64,000 nt of DNA, from NCBI RefSeq assembly GCF_009914755.1, contig NC_060929.1. One strand, 5' to 3'. Shown in pieces: positions 1-17,899 of this stretch. The position numbers and the translations under genes are program-made. Under the pieces are notes generated by a model. That model was not told where the DNA came from, made no database searches, and saw only the letters and a list, made by a program, of their open reading frames with translations. The stretch's first letter is position 1, and every line of letters starts with the position of its first letter. Source of the stretch: the human T2T-CHM13v2.0 reference genome, Homo sapiens.

Positions 1-455
1 GAGAAACACCAGGTAGAAAACTGCACCAAGCTGAATTGAGCTTCGTGGTAATACACAAAAAATGCACACAGCTCAGCTCAACAAGTGCACTGAGTCACAC
101 CAAACACATTTGATGTTACAACTTTCCATCCAATTCCAGATAACCTTCCTCCCACTGCTTCTCAACTGCTCAAAAGCCTAACTCTCCAAACCCATTTCCA
201 CAAGGTAATTTGAAGACTTTTTCAAATAAAATGCCAAATTTACCATAGTAGTTATGTATTTCTTAACCATTTAACATTTATAAAACTATATCATTTTTAT
301 TCAGTTCCTTTTTTCAGATGTGTCACTGACAAAGTTTTAGAATATTGTGCCCTTAACCAAATTTTCCCCGTGAGACCTGTGGTTTCATTGTGCAGTTCTG
401 CTTAATGTGGTAATTTTTAGAATGCGTATGTCATGTTGTATTGTAGCAGAACTAT
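1..455. mobile_element. Old TcMar-Tigger DNA transposon remnant (Tigger13a-like)
   Basis: Ends in '...tgtagcagaact', resembling a remembered Tigger13-type terminal repeat. Highly degenerate. Confidence 0.4.
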
Positions 456-560
456 TTCCAGGGCTCTAGTGTAGAGTATTTACATTCATTCTTAAAAATT
501 ACACTAAATGTCCAAAAGGAAAATAAAATAAACATTTGTATGATTAATTAAATCATATAA

Positions 561-2800
<2,240 letters not shown>

Positions 2801-2804
2801 AATG

Positions 2805-3009
2805 TTACACATTGTTACATTTCTTCCCTGCTATACAAACCTCTAGTTTTAGTAGGTCAGGGAGACAGATTTGACACTGAGCTCCTATCTCCCTGGCTGC
2901 AGCACCCGATTAAAGCCTTCTTCCTTGGCAATCCTTGTCGATCTCAGTCGTGGGCTTTTTGTGTGCTGAGCAGCAGGACCTAGAGAGAACCCCTGGTCTT
3001 TAGGCAACA
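2805..3009 (+). mobile_element. ERV1 LTR 3' fragment (MER66-like)
   Basis: 'attaaagccttcttccttggcaat...gagcagcaggacctag...cccctgg...ggcaaca' resembles the remembered MER66 R/U5 end and ends in CA. Confidence 0.55.
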
Positions 3010-3405
3010 TTCATAAGTTCAAGAGTCCCAGGGGGTGGCCCCTTCATTCTTGCTCCTTTAGTTCTACAATTATTTTTTAAACATACCTAATTCCCTATAG
3101 TAAATCTTCTTCTTTTTAAAATACCTAGAGTGATGTTGGCTTCCTACACTGAACCCTGACACACTGCATCACCACTTTACAGATAAAAAAAGACTCTTAC
3201 ATAAAACATCTGATTTGCATCCCTTCAACAATCACTAATATTGTTAAAGGGGATTTTATCTCTTTAACAACATTAGGGAGACAAGACAGGAATTTCCCCT
3301 ACTTAACAAGAAAATTTAAGAACTAGGAACAGTAGTGAGCTCCCCAGCACTGGACAGATTCAAACACAGATGCACACTGAAGAGGGGCATTAAAAAGGAC
3401 ATCTA

Positions 3406-3666
<261 letters not shown>

Positions 3667-4009
3667 AACAAAATAAAATAAGCAAGCAGCAAAACCTGGA
3701 TCTCTCCAGAACCAGACTTGCCTCTACAGAATTTTTCAAAGAACTGAATCCCAGTTGATGAGATTCCACAAACTTTCATAGAAAAAGTAGACGGTGGGGG
3801 AGCACAGAAAGTGGGGGATTTCTCTGAAGAAAAAAGGGGATGGAGGGCTACCCTTGGACTCGATTTTGGCAGAACTTAAAGAATAGTTAAACTTCAGCAT
3901 CCTGCAATTTGGGGGCAGGAAGCTGTTTTCCTACTACCATCCTTTTAGGCCCAGCCCAGACCTCTTTAGGCTCTTAATCTGTGCTTCCTTTTATCTTAAA
4001 AGATAATAA

Positions 4010-4830
<821 letters not shown>

Positions 4831-5482
4831 CAAGCCAGCACTCTCAAAAAATCCACAGGCACTGATCTTCGATCTTCCTCTCTCACTTGACTTCAAGTTG
4901 TCGTCTGACCAGGCCAGTTGGCTCCACACCTCTCCCCACCCTCCAGGCAGGCTCTACCTTCACTTAATTTCCTTTATTTCCCTGTTGGCTACAGGGAATG
5001 TGTGCCTTTTGAATTGGAGATGTTTCTCAAGGTTCCAAGGTTAGGCTTTCCTTCTCGTACTACAGCTGTTTTTTCCTGAGGTGAGATTTCCTTGAGAAGC
5101 TGAGAAATGATGGGGACTTTCTTCTTGGAAAAGTGTTCAGGACATAAACAACACAACTGTGTGTGCAACTGCAGGATTGCATGGATCTCTAGAGCCCATT
5201 CAGGAAAGAGGACCCACTCTCCCCGTGCTCCCCTGCATGGGCTCATCCACTTCTGGGGGCAAATGTCCCTGCCAAGGGACCCCCAGCTTCTACTCCTTTT
5301 CCAAAAGATAAAAGGTGCAAAGCTGAGGCAAACAAACCCTCAATCCAGTCTGTGAAGAAGCACTGGCCCAGGCACAGTCTCATAGGCTAGCAAATTCAGC
5401 ATCTATTCACAAGTCACTCCCAAGCACAAGCAGGGCTAGCTACATACAGCCTCTGAACTTCATTATTCTAGGCACCCAGTGA

Positions 5483-5794
<312 letters not shown>

Positions 5795-7607
5795 CCAGAG
5801 AATATTTATCAATTGACATTTTACTTTAGGGATTGTCAGCTCTTTAAAAAAAAAAAAAAAAAAAAAGAGTAACAGCTAACAAAATAAGTCCAACAAAGTC
5901 CTAGAGTCCTTAGGGATAAGGCTAGCAAAGCTAAAGAAAAATTACCACTATAGAATCCTATTAGAGCAAACAGTTTCATTACTATGGAAACAAAATACTG
6001 CCATTGTTTCTGAGAATGGCAGTGGAGGAGATCAATGAGCATGGAATCAAGAACAAAAGACTGAATTCCTCCCTAGTTGGGGTGAACCACACTCACCAAG
6101 GATCAAAGCATTAGGAAATCAGCCCTCCATTAAATTGCTGAGACATAATGTGAGTGCAAAAACAAAACAAAACAAAACAAAAAAATGGAAAAGGCATTCC
6201 ACAAAGACCTCATGAATTTTGTTTCAAAATGCACTTAGCTAGTTTATAAAAAAATGATACTTAAACACAAGTCTGATTTTCCCATCTTCGCTAGTTATCT
6301 TTTCATAAATAAGATTTAAGGGGTTATGCATGTGTTTTTCCTACTTTTGTTTTGACTACACAGTTTTCATGAGAGAGTGAAAATGCTGTCTAATCACTAT
6401 ATACTGTAACCTTACTTCAAAAACCCACAAATTGTTTCAAAATTTACTCTCTGATAAAAACCCACTAAGTCTTTCCACAACAGCTGCTTTCCTTAAACAT
6501 CAGCAATTTTAATCTCACAAGGCAAACTACGGAAGAAAAGCCAAAAGTAAAATCCTGCTTCCCTTTAAAATTCAAACAGATGTTCTGTGTAATCACACCA
6601 ACTCAGTATTTGAATTTCCTACTGCCCTATACTGACTCTCAGATTAAGTTCTAAAATGTTTTGAAATATCATTAATATATAAGCTAGAAGAATATGGGGA
6701 TATTCTCACTGTAAATGTTTTAAAATACATTTTAAGCAGGGCAGCAAAGGTTTACTCTGGGCTACTTGGGATGCCTAATATTTGGGAACAATCACAGTGA
6801 TTTAGAGAGGTAACTTGATTGATACTGTTCTCAGGATCCAATCATAACCCTAAATTCAACTGCAAACAGCAATATGTAAAATTCACCAACAATGCGGCTT
6901 GACTCAGAACACTAAGAAAACACTGGGTCTTTACAATTAGGCAGGTATGGCCACTTAAAGTACTAAAAATAGCTTGGTCAAAGAATTACATCCAATGGCT
7001 AGTTCTGTAGACATATCAGCTTATATGAAGACTTCCTTTTTAACATCAAGTTATCACAGATGATCTGGCCACATACTGCTCTGAAATAAAAGTAGACAAT
7101 GCCATAATTACTGCAGTGCCCTTTCTGAGGCTCTAACTGGTGACTACATTAAAATACCTGGAAAACTGGAAAGTAAAGCTTCCGTGTCTCATAGTCACTC
7201 CCAGATACTCAGTATCTGTGGGAAATCTACAGCCTCTATACAGAAAACGAGGGCGGAAAGCAAGCAATGGGGAAGGGGGTGTTACCTTTTATTTAATTAG
7301 CACAGAGAGATGAGTCAGAGGCTGCCTTCCACGCCTACAGACTGGCCTCTCCTCAACCGTGCCTACAAAGTCAGACTTGCTGCAGTCCAAAGCTATTTGT
7401 CAGCTGGACAGGTCAGCTACAGAGCTGCCCAAGAAAACATATTTGAATGAGCAACCATCAAGCAACTCTCCAACTAAGAGTGCAACCTTCACTCTCCATA
7501 CTGTTCAAGGTAAGTGACAGAGGATTACCTGACAACCTGAATTTAGCTACACTACACAAAGACACTCCTAAGCCACCCTTCCTGTATCAGCTCACCAGTG
7601 AGCTATA

Positions 7608-8473
7608 CAGAGTAGTCCCTCCTTACCCAAGGAGGATGTGTTCCAAGATCCCCAGTGGATGCCTGAAAGTGTGGATAGTACCCAACCCCATATATACTGT
7701 GTTTTTTCCTGTATATACATACCTATGAGAAAGTTTTGTTGTTTAAGACAGGGTCTCACTCTGTCACCCAGGCTGGAGTGCAGTGACACAACCATGGCTC
7801 ACTGCAGCCTCGACCTCCCTGGGCTCAGGTGATCCTCCCACCTCAGCCTCCCAAGTAGCTGGGACTATATAGGCACACACACCACCATGCCCTGGCTAAT
7901 TTTTGTTTTTTGTAGAGACAGGGTTTCTCCATGTTGCCCAGGCTGGTCTCTAACTCCTGGGCTCAAGTGATCCACCCACCTCAGCCTCTGAAAGTGCTGG
8001 GATTACAGGCATGAGCCACCTTGCCTGGCCTCATGATGAAGTTTAATTTCTAAATTAGGCACAGTTAAGAGATTAACAACAATAAGAAATAATAAAATCA
8101 AACTCTTATGACACTATGCCAACATCACTACTCTTGCGCTTTGGGGCCACTAAGTCAAATATAGGTGACTTGAACGACTTGAACACAAAGACTGCAATTC
8201 TGCGACAGTGGATCTGATAACCGAGATGGCTCCTAAGTGACTAAGGGGTGAGGAGCATAGGTAGACAGCTAGACAGCATGGAGATGCTGGCCAGAATTGA
8301 TTCACATCCCGGTGGGATGGAGTGAGGTTTCATCACACTATTCAGAACAGGGCATAATTTAAACCTGTGAATTGTTTATTTCTGGAATTTTCCACTTAAT
8401 ATTTTCATACCCCAATAGACCTCAGGTAACTGAAACCACAGAAAGCAAAACTGCAAGTAAAGGGGTACTACCG
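7608..8473 (-). mobile_element. MER44 (Tigger7-derived) DNA transposon interrupted by an AluJ (~7735-8030, -)
   Basis: Terminal inverted repeats cag(a)gtagtccc and gggtactaccg flanked by TA. Internal 'tgtttatttctggaattttcca' matches remembered MER44. Confidence 0.75.
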
Positions 8474-8911
8474 TATTTAGCCAACATCAACCAAAACACC
8501 ACCTTGACAGAACAATTATAGGGCACTTTACTGCATTGTGCCCACATCTTTATAAAGATGAACAGGAAAATAAAAGTGCCAGTGCTAGTGATAAGAAACA
8601 CAGGCCTCAATGTTAATGCAGTGGAAGCAAAGATGGCCACCATCATACAGCAGGAAAACAGTGACTCAACCACCATTTGGACAGACGTTATCTGTGAAAG
8701 TAATTGTAAAAAGAAAAGGTCAAAGTTAAAGAAAATGTTGAAAATGACAGAAATATATTGTCAATGATGCCATCTAACAGAGATGAAATTAGGGATTTTT
8801 TTTCATTACTTTTGTCCTTTTGGGAATAGAAACACACCCAAACCTCTTAATGCAAAAGCTCATTAAGTGACTTTCACACATTCAACATTAACACCTCTGA
8901 AGAAACCATCA

Positions 8912-9264
<353 letters not shown>

Positions 9265-9491
9265 TTAACAGCTACAATAAGTGGTGGGTGCATGTTAAAA
9301 AAAACTTTATCAGTCACCTCATAATTATGCAAAAAGAGTGGGATCAAATACAGCACTTCCAACAAAATCCCAACTTTGCAAAGTAAAATTATAAATATCG
9401 GCCGGGCACAGTGGCTCAGTCCTGTAATACCAGCACTTTGGGAGGCTGAGGCGGGCAGATCACCTGAGATCAGGAGTTCAAGACCAGCCTA

Positions 9492-9739
<248 letters not shown>

Positions 9740-10509
9740 TCAAAATGTGGTTCTCTCTGGGTAATGATATGTGTGATTTCCCTCTGTTTCACAAATACTT
9801 CCCACATTGTTCAAAAAAGTATCATCATGGAAATAATGAATTTTTGTAATTGGATCCCTTCCAGTGGAAGCACCATGTAATATAATGAGGACCTAACATT
9901 TCCAATCACTATAAACAAAGAGCAATAGGGAACAAGAGTTCTGTAACCAAAAGAGCTCAACAGGGGGTTCAGCTAGGTCACAATAAGTGCTCTGCTTATA
10001 AGAAGAGAGGAAACATCCTTGCAGTAGCCAGGATTTAATTCCAATGCATCAGATGACCCAGTACTAAGTGGTGCAATCAAGTCCACGAAGCAGAAATTCT
10101 GTGAGGACTCTCAAAACAAGAGAAAGATCATTACTGAGGAAACATTAATTGAGCTGGGACCTCAAAGTAGAGATTTGGGTTTTACAGTGAAGAAGGAAGG
10201 ACATTTTGGGGGAAACATCATCATTATTATTATTTTTTGAAACGGAGTCTCGCTGTCTTGCCCAAGCTGGAGTGAAGTGCCATGATCTTGGCTCACAGCA
10301 ACTTCAGCCTCCCAGGTTCAAGCGACTCTCCTGCCTCAGCCTCCTGAGTAGCTGGGATTACAGGCATATGCCATCACGCCCAGTTAATTTTTATATTTTT
10401 AGTAGAGACAGGGTTTCGCCATGTTGGCCAGGCTGGTCTCGAACTCCGCCCACCTGAGCCTCCCAAAGTGCTGGGATTATAGGCGTGAGCCACCATGCCC
10501 GGCCTGGAA

Positions 10510-10890
10510 TCATCATTATTGTATGTGGTGTGTAATTTATTTTTTAAATAAGTCTTCTTCATGGACTCTGTGTATGTGGGTGTGTGTTTTAAGCTGCATT
10601 ATAGGGGCATCAGTTGCCCTGATAAGACCCCTATTCCAGCAAACATTTAATCAAAGGCCACACAGCTGGCCTAATTGCATTTACAGCGACCAACCCTTTG
10701 TAACTTTTCACTTTCCTGACTCTTGAGCCACCGCTCACTCCCCTCCTTACTCCCTTATGCTCACTTTAAAAGGCCTAGTCACCTCTGCACAAAATCGAAT
10801 GGAGCTCAGCTCTTTCCCCTACAGTCAATAGTTACTGAATAAACGTTGTTTTTACTGCTTTAACTAATGTCCCGCTTTGTTTATCTTTGA
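10510..10890 (+). mobile_element. ERV1 LTR (MER31/MER67 group)
   Basis: AATAAA followed by '...tttttactgctttaactaatgtcc...tttatctttga', resembling the remembered MER31/MER67 3' end. Confidence 0.55.
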
Positions 10891-11204
10891 TGATGGATAG
10901 TTCCTGGTGGCATTCAAGGCTTTGTTAATTAACATAACGGACATCAGAAATGAGTTTTACTAGCCTGGGCAGCAAAGCCAGACCCAGTCTCTACAAAAAT
11001 TTTTAAAAACTGGCCAGGCATGGTAGAACGCACCTGTAGTCCCAGCTACTTGGGAGGCTGAAGCAGAAAGATTGCTTGACCCCAGGAGTTGGAGGCTGCA
11101 GTGAGCTATGATTGAGCCACTGCAATCCAGCCTGGGCAAGAGCTAGATCCCATCTTTAAATACATACATACATACATACATACATACATACATACATACA
11201 TACA

Positions 11205-11945
<741 letters not shown>

Positions 11946-12549
11946 GGCAGCCAACAATAACTACGAAAACAGCCAATAGCAGGGTATTCAAAACTGCACT
12001 GGGTCCATCTGGAGCAATTATATTATTTATTCACATAGGAATAATAAGGAATAGCAGTCTGGTACAAAAGTCACCCAACTCAAGTCAGGTGGGCCAGTAT
12101 GCAAGGCCTGGCTCTACCATCAGTCAGTTGGTAACATCAGTTCATTTATTTCTCTATACTTTAGTTGACTCATCTGTAAAAAGAGGCCAAGCAGGGGTTT
12201 TGTGAGGAATGAATGAATTATAATGTATGTAAAAACAAAGCACATACTGTGGGCTGAAATAAATTTCAGCATTATTATTGTCATAAATGCCTATACTTGC
12301 CTGCAGCAAGCCCTCCCAATCCCTATTGTCAAACTGCCTTGGAAAGGTTGTCTAGATTTTCCAAGCACACACCTCACTTCCGCTCTGACAGTGAGCACTG
12401 TCATTTTCTTTTCTTTTCCTTTTTTTTTTTTTTTTTTGAGACAGCGTCTCACTCTGTTGCTCAGGCTAGGGTGCAGTGCTCAATATCAGCTCACTGCAAC
12501 CTGCACCTTCCAAGTTCAAGTGATTCTGGTGCCTCAGCCTCCCAAGTAG

Positions 12550-12819
<270 letters not shown>

Positions 12820-13029
12820 TAGGGGCCTAGCACAGAACTTTGAACCCATAAAGTGTTGAGTGACCACTCCCCTGTAATCTCTACTTTCTTAGCATCCATT
12901 AGCCAACAGCCTAAGCAAAACCAAAGTGAATATCAGAGTAGATACAAAAATAAAATAAGCTGATCTGGATATTATCCTGATGCAGATGGGTAATGGCCAC
13001 TAATAAGATTTGGGGGTTTCCTCACACTC

Positions 13030-14265
13030 TGCCAAATCCTATATTACAGACTTTACACTTATCATCACATGTAATTTTCCCAATAACCCTAAGAAGTACC
13101 CATTCAATAGTTGAGGTAAAATGAGGTCATAGAGGGTAAGTAACTCATCCAGTCACACCAGTCCTCATTGTCCAGATTTCCAAATTGAAACCCAGGCCTG
13201 AGTCCAAAGCCCAGGCTCTTTTATGGGTTACATATTGTTCAGGATGGTCCGCAGTTAAAGAAAGTCACCAAAATGTCTCTCTCCGACCTCAAACTTCTCC
13301 CGACCTAAATACCTAATTGGTGACTTGCCATTTCCATTAAATTTATAATAGGCATCTCTAATGTAACGAAGCCAAGAAACTTGGGTTTTCCTCACCAAAT
13401 GTCCTCTTCCTAACAATTTCCTACTTCACCTCAGTAATGCGATCATCATCTACCCAGTGGCTCAGGCCAGAAACCGAGCCTGTCTCATTCCCACATCCCA
13501 CTTCTAATCCTTGCTCAAATCCAGTTCTACCTCTGAAATATACCCAAAGCCAATGATGTCCCACTGTACTCACTCCTACAGCCATAGCCTAAATTAAGGT
13601 ACCACGCTGTCTCCTCCTGGGACTACAGCAACAGCAGATTGCCAGGATTCGAGCTCCATCAGGAAAGGATTTTTGTTCACTGCTGAAGCCTAGAACACTG
13701 CTTGCCCCTAAGAGGCAAATATCCACTTAGGTTTTCCTCACCAAATGCTTCATGACCAACTCGAACTGCTTTCCTCACCTCCACTCTAGCCCGTTACAGT
13801 CCAGTCTTCACGACATCCCAATTATCTTCTAAGTGCAAATCAAACCACAGCTCGCCCCTGCTCAGAATCCTCCCACAGCCTCTCACTGCAACCAGAATTA
13901 AATCAAAAGTCCAAAGGCAGCTGACAGGTTCTGGCCATTTCTGGTCCTGCTCTTCTCTCTGACCTCATCTAAGACACCCCAGCCACCCTAGACTCCCTTG
14001 CCTCTCCTCACTGAGCAGTCTCAACTCCACAGGCATCTTCTCAGACTCCCTCGGCAACCCTCCTCAAGGCTGCTTACCACACGGCCTTCTGACAGTACCA
14101 GTACCATATTCATTGTTTCATTGTTTACATGTTTATAAATGATCTCCCCTGCCCAGATAGGCCATTGAGAGCAGAGATGCTTGTCTGACTTATGACTATA
14201 TAGCAGGCTCCTGGCAAAAGGTAGGTGCCCACAGAAACAAACAAGAATTGGTAACTTCTGATGGT
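13030..14265. mobile_element. MIR (~13030-13220) and L2 3' region (~13280-14265, +)
   Basis: MIR core-like 'gaggtaaaatgaggtcatagagggtaagtaact'. L2-like 'cccagtggctcaggccagaaac' and 'gcccctgctcagaatcctccc'. Confidence 0.65.
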
Positions 14266-14413
14266 GCTGTGAGGTTTTGTTTGCTTTCCTTTCTTTTGAG
14301 ATGGAGTTTTGCTCTTTTTGCTCATTGCCCAGGCTGGAGTGCAATGGCGTGATCTCAGCTCACCACAACCTCTGCCTCTGGGTTCAAGCGATTCTCCTGC
14401 CTTAGCTGTGTAG

Positions 14414-14590
<177 letters not shown>

Positions 14591-16247
14591 TAACTTCCTA
14601 CCGCCCCATCCACAGGAAATCACAGTGTGATCACCATCACACAGCACTGAGGCCCACCACAGTGATGCCTCCAGCAGGCCTGGGAAAGCAGGGGTTAACT
14701 TTGATTTGGTTCTTTCCAAAGTCCTAAGAGGGGAGACTTTAGAAACCTGCTAAAACATCAACAGCAAAATAATTCTTTTACAAAACCCATTTGAATACTG
14801 GTAATTACAGAGCTCTAAATTAGGAACTTGGGAATGGCAGAAAGAGCCTCAAGGGGACTTCAAGGGACCAGGACAGATGCCCCTAAAGAGCTGTATCATT
14901 ACTACGTAATAAAAAGTGTCGCATCATATTGGAGAAAAAGTATTTCAAAACGGGAATAAAAGATTTGCAGAGCTTTCTGAAAACAGTCTTTCCTGGTCCA
15001 CCTTGTTCTCAAATACCTGGTAAGGTGGTGACCATTCTCATTCTCTTTCTCTCTCTGCCTGACACAGGGAAAAAAAATCATTTCGTCTCAGTCGTCAAAA
15101 GCCTCAATTTCCTCAACTCTGAAAAGGCCAGCTTTAATGTATGCCAAGCACAGTATTAGACCTCAAAAACCAAGACAGCTCCACGTGGCCACTCTAAACA
15201 GGACAGATTATCTGCCAGTATAATCGCCGGTTACAGAAACCCACAGTTTAACCACTCCATCACTTACAGCTGGCCTCGATTGTGGAAAGGCTGAGTGTCA
15301 GCAAGAACACCCCGAACCAGGATGCTCCCTAGAGTCTGATTCGTTCGTGAAAACACTCCATTAAAACTCTGTACCGAAACGCTGATAATCCACATGTAAA
15401 GGGAGAAAAGAGCTCCACATCCAAGAGACTCACCTACTTCGTTTTTTCTAACTCTGCAGGAAGGAGTGAAACCAGCATTACAGGGCTAAGACGTACTAAT
15501 TCTACACTGATGCAGTAACTGGTAGGAGACATAATGTTTTAAGACATCATAGGTTTAAATAGGCGAGAGTTAAAAAACAGGTTCGAACAAGTTTATTTGC
15601 AAAGAGAGGCAGGAAGGTTCCAGCCCTACCCAGGCAGTCGTGCTAGTACCGAGCCAGGGTTGGGTCGGGAAATTCAGGAAGCAGGGCTGAGTTTTCCCTT
15701 CGCCCAGACCTGCGCCCGGTAGTTTGGAAGTCAGGCTTCGAGACATTCTCAAAGGTACAGAGCCCACGCTCGACTACGAGATGCCAAGCGCAACCTGCCT
15801 GGGTTGTTTGACCCGAGTTTTATTCAGGGCATAGCAAAGGAGACGGTGCCTAAACCCACTTTTCTTCCTGGATTCATCCGACAAGCAGAGTGGAGAGGGC
15901 TACGGAGCTCAGCGCTATTCACCAGTGCTCGGCGCAAGAGGCGACACGCCCCTGGAGCAGTCGGGATCCTCCGCCCGAGCCCGGCACGCCCCGCTCCACG
16001 CGGAGTCCCGGAGGCCGGACGGGAAGACCCCGGGGTAGCCTCTCGGGCTTCCCCCTGCCCCTTCCCGCCCGCCCAGGGCACAGGATTTCCCGGACGGCTG
16101 AGCGCCGCGGGGCCAGCCCGAGCGACCCACCCGGGCCCTACGTTCGGCCGCGGAGCTGGGAGCGCACCCAGGCAGGTCCTCCACGCCTGGACTCCTGGCC
16201 CGGTTCTCCGATCTGACAACCCCCGCGCTGCGCCCGGCCTCGCTCAC

Positions 16248-16274
16248 CTGGCCCGCACAGCACTGAGCTGACAT
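16248..16274 (-). CDS. SERINC5: SERINC5 exon 1 coding part (MSAQCCAGQ), serine incorporator 5
   Basis: GCCGCCGCG-ATG TCA GCT CAG TGC TGT GCG GGC CAG|GTGAG gives 9 codons identical to the known SERINC5 N-terminus, with a phase-0 donor in a CpG island. Confidence 0.95.
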
Positions 16275-16430
16275 CGCGGCGGCCAATGCCGAAGGCGCGC
16301 TCGCTGGCTCCCCGCGCCGCACGGGCCCTCCTGGCTGCCTCGCGCCTCGAGCGCTGGGCTCAGCCGCAGCTCACACTTGAACGAAGATCAGCCTCGGCGG
16401 AGCGCCTAGGCGCCGAGGCCTGGGTAAAAA
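16275..16430 (-). other. SERINC5: SERINC5 5' UTR (TSS position approximate)
   Basis: GC-rich stretch between the GC-box cluster and the ATG, with no upstream ATG on the minus strand. Confidence 0.7.
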
Positions 16431-17206
16431 CAACTGCGGCCAAGCCCCGCCCCGCCGCCGGCCCCGCCTCGCCCGCCCCCAGCCCCGCCCCGTGCCCGCC
16501 CCTTCCCGGGCGCCCGGCGGCGGAGCAGGCTCGACCCGGGCTCGCACTTCCGCTGGCGTCAGGCGGGTGGGCTGCTGCGATCACTTCCCGGTTGGGGCGC
16601 CGAGCTCCGGAGTCGGCCGCCAGCCTTTGGGCCCCACGCTCCGGGTCTGGTGCGCGGTCTGGCCGCGCTCGGGCCCTCGCCAAATGAGAGCGCAGCGCCT
16701 CTCCGCCTTCGGATCCGGAGAAAGAGCTTGTTGCTGCCTCTAAAAGGTTGGAGCCTTAGTAAGCGGTTCCTGCCTTTCCTGCACAGACCAGACCGCCGGG
16801 TGCTGGTCTGCGCTCTGCCGCGCGCCGACTGGGACAGCCCACCCACGAGATCCTTGTTCCTGAAATCCCTTTCCTTCCCTCATCTGCCAAGAAAACTTTC
16901 AACTTTTGGGCTCTCCGCGCCTCCCAAGCTTCCTCGAATCCCTGGGCCCTTGACTGTTCTGCCCTGATGGCACTTGGTGAGAGATCCATTGAGAGCCCTT
17001 TCCGTGCCTTCCTGAATATTGATATGTTTTCCAGCCTCTCCTCCTGCGCTGGCCCAAGGACTCATTTTCCGTCCCTGCTTCCTCACTAAAAAGAGGGTGC
17101 CCAATAATTGCTTGTTCCATACAGAAGGCAGGGAGGCCGTCTCTAGGTTTTCTCCCACTCAGATCTGCTGTCCTCACAGCCACCTCCCCAAGAGGAATGA
17201 AGGTAT

Positions 17207-17485
17207 TTCTTTTTTTTTTTTCTTTTTTTTCTCTGAGACGGAGCTTCACTCTGTCGCCCAGGCTGGAGTGCAGTGACGCGATCTCGGCTCACTGCAACCT
17301 CTGCCTCCCGAGTAGCTGGGATTACAGGCGCCTGCCACCACGCCCGGCTAATTTTTTGTATTTTTAGTAGAGACGGGGTTTCACCATCTTGGCCAGGCTG
17401 GTCTCGAACTCCTGACCTCAGGTGATCCGCCCGCCTCGGCCTCCCAAAGTGCTGGGATTACAGGCGTGAGCCACCGCGCCCTGCC
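17207..17485 (-). mobile_element. CpG-rich AluS with an internal deletion
   Basis: TSD gaatgaag(g/a)tatttct. Deletion between two gcctccc copies. Confidence 0.9.
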
Positions 17486-17899
17486 GGAATGAAGATATTT
17501 CTGTTAGTGCGATTTTTGCGCCAATCCCTTTGCTCTTTCAAATAAGCATTACCGTACCCATTTTAGCGGTGAGGCAACTGAAGCCCAGAGAGGTTAAATA
17601 ACTTGCCCAAAGCCTCACAGCAAAGTTGAGGAAGTAAAACTGGGCCTGGAATTCACTCGTCTGATCCCCTGGCACATGACGCAAGGCTTGACCTTAGAGG
17701 GACTCGTTTCCAGACAGAGCTCTGGCAAAGGAGTGTCTTGGGCAGCTTAGGAGTAGAAGAGGAAAGGTGAATGGAAACCAGGCCTTGGGTTATGAGCTGC
17801 GCAGGATTTTCCAGCATCTCAGATGCAGGCGTTTAGAGAAAGAGATATAATGGAGCAGGCCCTACTCAGAGCCACGAAAAGGAATGAGGACAGTTGGCT

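Larger units (their letters stand above)
15690..16930. promoter_or_regulatory. SERINC5: CpG island / TATA-less promoter of SERINC5
   Basis: Very high GC and CpG density against a CpG-poor background. Clustered GC boxes (CCCCGCCCC etc., 16445-16502) and an ETS-type ACTTCCG at 16546-16552. Overlaps exon 1. Confidence 0.92.

Noticed and set aside
15804-16989. Overlapping 80-155 aa Pro/Arg/Gly-rich ORFs on both strands
   Set aside because: Stop-codon scarcity in a CpG island. Only the 9-codon SERINC5 exon is supported; ORF 15915-16322 simply reads through the donor.
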